This document shows, in pieces, positions 7,673 to 12,911 of a stretch of DNA of 12,911 nucleotides. The DNA comes from Fidelibacterota bacterium (GTDB lineage: Bacteria > Fidelibacterota > Fidelibacteria > Fidelibacterales > Fidelibacteraceae), in NCBI GenBank assembly GCA_034723415.1, contig JAYEOX010000104.1:1-12911 (forward strand), given 5' to 3'. A program made the translations under genes and the position numbers. Below the pieces are notes generated by a model. That model had not been told where the DNA came from. It did not search any database and saw only the letters and a program-made list of their open reading frames with translations. Every line of letters begins with the position of its first letter. The stretch's first letter is position 1.

Positions 7673-8290
7673 TTACCAACCGGCTCTTTTTTGCTTTACA
7701 AATTTTTTGATCTTTTTAGATCCCATCCAAACCTTTTCATTGCTTTCAAGATCTATTAATTCAAGATCTGTCTGATAAAATTTTACTTGTTGTCCGTCAA
7801 CAGCATCAACATACATTGTAATACTTCCCTTAAGCATAAAATCGGCGGCTGTTTCGTTAGCCAATCTTTTTGCTGTTGTCATCGAGGCATGACTTTGCTG
7901 ATCCAATCGTTCTGATCTGATCTCTTGTCTCTCTTCTGAACTTGCAACAAATTTCACCATACCACTGTTTATCAATTCTCTTTCCATATCTTTGATAAAT
8001 CCATTTGTCTTGATATGTTCTGTTGCATCTTTAAGTCGAACTGTTCCAACGATCAATCTTGGTTTGTTGCCGGTTTCTGCAATAAAATTATCTCTCCAAG
8101 CCCTGCTCAAGACATCGCTGATCATACTTCCTGCTACTAATTTTGAATCTGTGTCGTTCCAGCGTCCACTTAAATCCGTTTGTGTGTCTGCCGACATTCT
8201 TGTTACAGATTTACTAGCTCCGCAACCAGAAAGAATTAGCATAATTGACACAAGAAGAATTATACCAAATACTTTTGAAAATTTCTTCAT
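7673..8290 (-). CDS. LpoB-like (penicillin-binding protein activator family) lipoprotein
   Basis: Lipobox LSG-C and AAGGAG RBS. Shows TDLSGRWNDTDS.LVA..MI, EHI.T..FIKDMERELINSG.VKFV, ADFMLKGSI and YQTDLELIDLESNEKVW motifs of the LpoB-like family. Functional orthology to E. coli LpoB is not shown. Confidence 0.8.
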   Translation of the reverse strand: MKKFSKVFGIILLVSIMLILSGCGASKSVTRMSADTQTDLSGRWNDTDSKLVAGSMISDVLSRAWRDNFIAETGNKPRLIVGTVRLKDATEHIKTNGFIKDMERELINSGMVKFVASSEERQEIRSERLDQQSHASMTTAKRLANETAADFMLKGSITMYVDAVDGQQVKFYQTDLELIDLESNEKVWMGSKKIKKFVKQKRAGW

Positions 8291-8584
8291 TTTTTCTCCT
8301 TTTTGTTTGTTTTAACTAATTACAAATAAAAAATAAATCATTTATTTTCAATATCCAAACATTTTTTAATAATAGTTTTGGGAATATTTTTCTAAAGAAT
8401 CTTTGTTTGTGTTTGATTTTATTATTAAATTATTATATTTATAATATCATAAAAGATAGATAACTACAAAATGGGAAATAAAAGAAATATATGAGAAATA
8501 AATGACATGTTATTTATACAAATGTTATATAAAATTATGAGCTTAAAAACGATTTTTATAAATGTTTAATATAACACACTTAAT

Positions 8585-9484
8585 ATGAATGAATTTGTAA
8601 TAAAAATAATCCCCATAATCCTTATCTTCGTCTTAGGTTATATAATTAAGAAATTGAAAATTCTAGATAAAAATAATGCTGATCTATTATTAAAGTTAGT
8701 TTTCTATGTTTCGCTTCCGGCATTAATAATTTTATCAATAGCTAAAATTGAGATCACATCAGATTTTATCTTTCTACCAATAATTCCGGTATTAGTTATA
8801 CTCTCTATTTTTGTAGTGTCTTACTTTATTGGAAAATTATTCAATCTACCACGTAAAACATTCGGTGTATACCTTATTGGGACTTTAATAATGAATATCG
8901 GATTTACTCTTCCTTTTTTCATTGCCGCATATGGAAATGAGGGATTAGCCCGAATCTCAATTTTTAATGTTGGGCAGGGTTTTTTAACTTTTACATTTAC
9001 TTATTTCCTGGCCTGTAAATATGGTAATGATAAAGTAGATCATAAAACAATGATAAAAAAATTTGCCTTATTACCACCAATTTGGGCTTTATTAATAGGT
9101 ATTACGTTAAATTTTACAAATGTAACAATTCCAAGTGTAGTAGATAGTTTTCTTCAAATAATAGGAGACTTAACTACTCCATTAGTAATGCTGTCTCTTG
9201 GAATTTATTTCACTCCCAAAATAATCAAGTTATTACCTCTTTCATCTGCGATAATTACAAGAATGGGATTAGGATTACTTTTGGGATTTCTTTTTGTAAA
9301 ATTATTTGATCTTGATGGGTTAAATAGACTAATTGTTTTAATTGGCTCAGCTGCTCCTGTTGGATATAATACTTTAGTGTTCTCGTCATTAGAAAGTTTA
9401 GATAAAGAGTTTGCAGCAAGTTTAGTTTCAATTTCTATTTTATTAGGAATTATTTTTATTCCTTTGTTAATTCTGTTTCTCTGA
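8585..9484 (+). CDS. AEC (auxin efflux carrier / Mem_trans) family transporter
   Basis: 299 aa with about 10 TM segments in two repeats. Shows LVFYVSLPALI, MNIGFTLPF..A.YG.EGL, PPIWALLIG, PLVMLSLG and AAPVG.N motifs. Confidence 0.88.
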   Translation: MNEFVIKIIPIILIFVLGYIIKKLKILDKNNADLLLKLVFYVSLPALIILSIAKIEITSDFIFLPIIPVLVILSIFVVSYFIGKLFNLPRKTFGVYLIGTLIMNIGFTLPFFIAAYGNEGLARISIFNVGQGFLTFTFTYFLACKYGNDKVDHKTMIKKFALLPPIWALLIGITLNFTNVTIPSVVDSFLQIIGDLTTPLVMLSLGIYFTPKIIKLLPLSSAIITRMGLGLLLGFLFVKLFDLDGLNRLIVLIGSAAPVGYNTLVFSSLESLDKEFAASLVSISILLGIIFIPLLILFL

Positions 9485-9548
9485 TGCCGTTCTTAATTTA
9501 CAATTTACTTCGCAAATAACGAATATTTATATTTTGTTTAAAAGATAT

Positions 9549-11258
9549 TCACCCTAACTCATAATTCTCTTTCAAAAACAGATAATCATAAAAAGTCCCA
9601 TGTTGACACCCGAGAATTCCACCACATTCACACTCGCCACAAATTCCAATTCCGCACATATGATTTGTCTCTAATGATGCAAAAATGTTTTCTTTTTTAA
9701 TTCCCAAATCAACCTCAGTTTTCATTGCATTTTTCATTAATTTTTCCGGTCCAATATTGTAACAAGTTGCATTTTCGTTATCATATTTTATAAGTTGTTT
9801 TCTCATAATATCAATTACTCTTCCGGGTTTTCCGTCATCAACAACAGGAATAAATTTTGCATACTTTTCGATAAGATTTTTAAGAATTATTTCGTTTCGT
9901 TTCTTGATACCGTGAAATACAAACACTTCTTTCCCCTTATTTTTAAGGGATTTTACCAATTGTGGGATAACTGCAATTCCTGTTCCGCCGCTTAATATAA
10001 ACACTTTGTTACTTTTTGTATAAATTACATCGGCTCCGTAAGAACCACGAAATGAAATATCGTCATCAACATTAAGTTGAAATAAAGCGTGTGTAAAATT
10101 CCCTGTATCTGTGTTTTCTGAAAATTTTCTTTTTCTAATTAAAAATGTCAATGGTTTGTTATTTACAATTGAAAATGGTTTTTCGCCAACACCCGGAATC
10201 CATAAAAATCCGTATTGACTTGGTTTAAATTCTATTTGTTTTTTTCCACTTAATGTAAGTATTCTAAGATCGTTTGTAATTTTCTCAATTTTTGAAATTT
10301 TGAATTTATCGTATTTTGCCAGACGATTTTGATTGACAAATTTGGGGGAAGTATTTGAGTTATAATTAACATCTCGTTTCAAATTTTTAATGAATTTTTG
10401 TCTCTTTTTATAGTGAACTCTTGCAATTACACTTCCGATTCCAATTATATTTGCTCCGGCTTCAATCATTTTTCTAACATCTTTCGCATCTGTAATTCCA
10501 CCCATTCCAATAATCGGTATATTGTTTCCGATTGCTTTGCGAATTTCTTTTATTTTCTCTATCGCTATTGGAAAAATATTTTCTCCGGACGCCCCACCCT
10601 TGTTTCCATTTGGATTATTTAAAATTGGTTCGCCAATATTAGGATCGATATATTTTTCAGGCCCAACTGTATTAATTGCTACAATTCCATCCGCTCCTGC
10701 ATCGACAGCTATTTTTGCTATAGTGCCAATATCGTTTACATTTGGCGTCAGTTTTGGGAAAATAAGGGCGTTGGTTTGTTGACGGATTTTTTCTACATAT
10801 ATTTTTACTAATTCCGGGTTGACTCCAATAGATGCTCCATAGCCGGGTTTAGCATGAGGACAAGAAAAGTTTAATTCTAAAATGTCAGCGATATCTTCAA
10901 ATTTTTTTACAAGCTGAATAAATTCTTCAGGCGAGTTTCCTGATATAGAAATATTCAGAAGTGAGTTAAACTTATGTGAATCTCGCAATTGTTTAAGCTC
11001 TTGATATCCAATTTCCATTCCGGGATTTCTCAACCCGACGGCATTAACAAAATTGCCAACAGATTTTTCTGCAATGATCGGTTCGCGATTCCCAGGATTT
11101 GGTTTAACTTGATAACTTTTTGTTGTAATGATGTCAATATCCGGAATTTCAGTATCAACAAGTTTTATTATATTTGGTTTTGTTGTCCAGATTCCGGAAA
11201 CCGTTGCGAATTTTATCTCATCATTTAACAGATATTTTAAGATTTCTTTTTTGTTCAT
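9549..11258 (-). CDS. pyrD: Fused dihydroorotate dehydrogenase: class 1B catalytic domain (PyrD) plus electron-transfer domain (PyrK)
   Basis: The N-terminal half has TTKS, GNREP, NAVGLRNPG, ELNFSCPH, KLTPN, AINT, GGASG and IGMGGI. The C-terminal half has WIPGVGEKPFS (FAD), GGTGIA (NAD) and CGIGICGEC-x7-C (2Fe-2S). It is one uninterrupted ORF. ATG 11258 is preferred over the track start at 11279, which lies inside a repeat. Confidence 0.9.
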   Translation of the reverse strand: MNKKEILKYLLNDEIKFATVSGIWTTKPNIIKLVDTEIPDIDIITTKSYQVKPNPGNREPIIAEKSVGNFVNAVGLRNPGMEIGYQELKQLRDSHKFNSLLNISISGNSPEEFIQLVKKFEDIADILELNFSCPHAKPGYGASIGVNPELVKIYVEKIRQQTNALIFPKLTPNVNDIGTIAKIAVDAGADGIVAINTVGPEKYIDPNIGEPILNNPNGNKGGASGENIFPIAIEKIKEIRKAIGNNIPIIGMGGITDAKDVRKMIEAGANIIGIGSVIARVHYKKRQKFIKNLKRDVNYNSNTSPKFVNQNRLAKYDKFKISKIEKITNDLRILTLSGKKQIEFKPSQYGFLWIPGVGEKPFSIVNNKPLTFLIRKRKFSENTDTGNFTHALFQLNVDDDISFRGSYGADVIYTKSNKVFILSGGTGIAVIPQLVKSLKNKGKEVFVFHGIKKRNEIILKNLIEKYAKFIPVVDDGKPGRVIDIMRKQLIKYDNENATCYNIGPEKLMKNAMKTEVDLGIKKENIFASLETNHMCGIGICGECECGGILGCQHGTFYDYLFLKENYELG

Positions 11259-11265
11259 TTTTTTT

Positions 11266-11379
11266 ACCACAAAGGACACAAAGGTTGCACAAAGAATACT
11301 AAGATGTTTGATGTATAAATATATTTCATAATTTTTAATTCCCTTTTTGTTTTCTTAGCGATTCTTGGCTCTTAGTGGT
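11266..11379. repeat. 114-bp segment bounded by inverted arrays of CACNAAG/CTTNGYG units
   Basis: Left array: ac-cacaaag-ga-cacaaag-gttg-cacaaag-aa-tactaag (11266-11303). Right array: cttagcg-att-cttggct-cttagtg-gt (11354-11379). The termini accacaaag and cttagtggt are inverted at 8 of 9 positions. Confidence 0.75.
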
Positions 11380-12250
11380 TTGATTCTTCGTTTAATTTCT
11401 CCAATTCATCAACACAAGCATCAGCCCAATTTTTAGGAATTGAATTCTCTTTTTTCCACGGAAATGAAATTCCACTTGAACTATTTATTCGCACAATTTC
11501 CAGGTCGTAATCAACTTTTTTCAAAACTTTCACAACCTCTTTTGCATTTCCACCCTGTGCTCCCACGCCCGGAATAAGTAGTGGAATGTTATGTTTTGTA
11601 TAGGTCTTTGCGATATTTTTAAGTTCGGTTAGCGAAGTTGCTCCGATAACTGCTCCTGTCCCTGAATGTTTTTTAGACCATTTAATTATTTTTTTTGAAA
11701 CATTTTGATATAGGAATTCACCGTTTTCTAATTTCTGATTTTGGAAATCTTTTGCACCTTTATTAGAAGTGCGATTTAAAATGTAAATTCCTTTCCCTTC
11801 ATTTGAATATTCTAAAAAAGGAATAACAGAATCGGAACCCATAAATGGTGAAATTGTAACGGCGTCGCAATCCCAATTTTCAAAACCTTCGACAGCATAA
11901 TTTTTTGATGACTTGGCAATATCACCCTTTTTATAATCCAAAATAATTGGAATTTCCGGAAAATATTCCTTACATAAAACAATTAATTCAACCAACGCTT
12001 TTGAACCGGAAAATTCTAATTGCATTGGTTTATCATATTGTAAAAAAAAGCCCTGATTGGGTTTAAATGCAGATGGATATATATTCCTCTCAATCATTTT
12101 TTCAAAAATTCTTTCATAGAAATTAGAAATACAAATTTCAGGAGAATCTTTGATTTCTTGTGGAAAATAATCCATCACAGGGTCTAATCCCATACAAATT
12201 ATGCTTTTATATTTCTGTGATGATGCTTTTAATTTTTCTAAATAATTCAT
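11372..12250 (-). CDS. pyrF: Orotidine-5'-phosphate decarboxylase (long, subfamily-2 type)
   Basis: CMGLDP, FKPN, catalytic LDYKKGDI (DxKxxD), RTSN.GA.DFQ, GAVIGAT and LLIPGVGAQGG motifs; AAGGGG RBS; located between pyrE and pyrD. Confidence 0.93.
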   Translation of the reverse strand: MNYLEKLKASSQKYKSIICMGLDPVMDYFPQEIKDSPEICISNFYERIFEKMIERNIYPSAFKPNQGFFLQYDKPMQLEFSGSKALVELIVLCKEYFPEIPIILDYKKGDIAKSSKNYAVEGFENWDCDAVTISPFMGSDSVIPFLEYSNEGKGIYILNRTSNKGAKDFQNQKLENGEFLYQNVSKKIIKWSKKHSGTGAVIGATSLTELKNIAKTYTKHNIPLLIPGVGAQGGNAKEVVKVLKKVDYDLEIVRINSSSGISFPWKKENSIPKNWADACVDELEKLNEESNH

Positions 12251-12291
12251 ATTTCCCCTTTAATTATTTTACTATTTTGACGAATTAACAA

Positions 12292-12364
12292 CTTTGCGAC
12301 TTGGCGACTTTGCGAGAATTTTTTTTCTTTAATTTATTTGGCGGCTTAGCGACTTTGCGTGAGA
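12292..12364. repeat. Two direct copies of a 3 x 8-bp CTTNGCGN module
   Basis: ctttgcga-cttggcga-ctttgcga-ga (12292-12317) and tttggcgg-cttagcga-ctttgcgt-gaga (12337-12364). Confidence 0.85.
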
Positions 12365-12911
12365 TCCACAAACCCAAATTTATCTTGCCAACCGAACGGA
12401 TCAATTTGCCATTCTCTTAGTAATTTTATTTCATTTTTAGAGAAATATTTGTTTTCTTCAAGAGTGGAAACTAATTTTTCAAATGTTAAAATAGAGTAAT
12501 AGTTACAATTATTTTCTCTAAAATATTCATCCGCTTTTTTAAATCCATAAGTGAATATTGACAGACAATAATTTACTTCCGCACCGTTTTCTTTTAAAAT
12601 ATTCACTGCTTCGACAGAGCTTTTCCCTGTGGAAATCAGATCTTCTATCAGTAATACTTTTTTACATTTTAATTGTGTTGAATTTTGAATTCCTTCAATT
12701 TTATTTTTCAATCCGTGATCTTTTTGACTTTTTCTTGGATAAATGAAAGGTAAATTCAGTTTATTCGCCAACAACATTCCGTGTGGTATTCCTGCAGTTG
12801 GCGTTCCGGCGATAATATCCGGCCGGATATTTTTCTCTTTTATAATATTAATAAATCCATCAATTATCAATTCTCTGAATTTCGGATAAAATAGAGATAA
12901 GCGATTGTCAT
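12346..12911 (-). CDS. pyrE: Orotate phosphoribosyltransferase; 5' end outside the window
   Basis: The frame is open to the window edge (DNRLSLFYPKFRELIIDGF...). Shows IAGTPTAGIPHG, RK..KDHG..NKIEG and the PRPP-binding motif VLLIEDLISTGKS; adjacent to pyrF. Confidence 0.93.
   Translation of the reverse strand, partial: DNRLSLFYPKFRELIIDGFINIIKEKNIRPDIIAGTPTAGIPHGMLLANKLNLPFIYPRKSQKDHGLKNKIEGIQNSTQLKCKKVLLIEDLISTGKSSVEAVNILKENGAEVNYCLSIFTYGFKKADEYFRENNCNYYSILTFEKLVSTLEENKYFSKNEIKLLREWQIDPFGWQDKFGFVDLTQSR

Noticed and set aside
8523..9548. AEC transporter as an integron gene cassette (GTTATAT...ATATAAC upstream, TAAC...GTT downstream)
   Set aside because: No convincing attC stem with L boxes is present, there is no integrase, and such short matches are expected in AT-rich DNA.
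11266..12364. CRISPR array interpretation of the pyr-junction repeats or the 5012-5059 array
   Set aside because: Units are 7-8 bp with 0-4 nt gaps, there are no unique spacers of CRISPR length, and no cas genes are present.
12868..12911. pyrE start at 12870 or at the terminal ATG 12911
   Set aside because: The frame stays open to the edge and includes the conserved DNR motif. The ATG at 12911 is out of frame, so the true start lies beyond the window.

Overview
AT-rich bacterial chromosomal window (genetic code 11; TGA is used as stop). From left to right it contains: the 5' part of a Type III restriction-modification Mod methyltransferase (minus strand, runs off the left edge, absent from the ORF track) overlapping a RhuM-family gene; a MATE efflux transporter; a small lipoprotein; a divergent COG1373 AAA_14/DUF4143 ATPase with a clear promoter and palindromic operator candidate; a three-lipoprotein cluster (LpoB-like, COG3014-like, LPP20-like) with an internal terminator hairpin; an AEC-family transporter; and a pyrimidine operon pyrE (5' end outside the window), pyrF and a fused pyrD-pyrK. 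The signal least explained by the genes is a set of very short repeat elements. Two different GC-rich mini-hairpins (21 and 24 nt) appear inserted in frame, 8 nt apart, in the Mod gene. CTTNGYG-unit modules sit at both pyr gene junctions and supply the stop codons of pyrE and pyrF. A (TTCTAACC)x6 array lies between convergent genes. All family assignments are from motif recognition; no database search was run.
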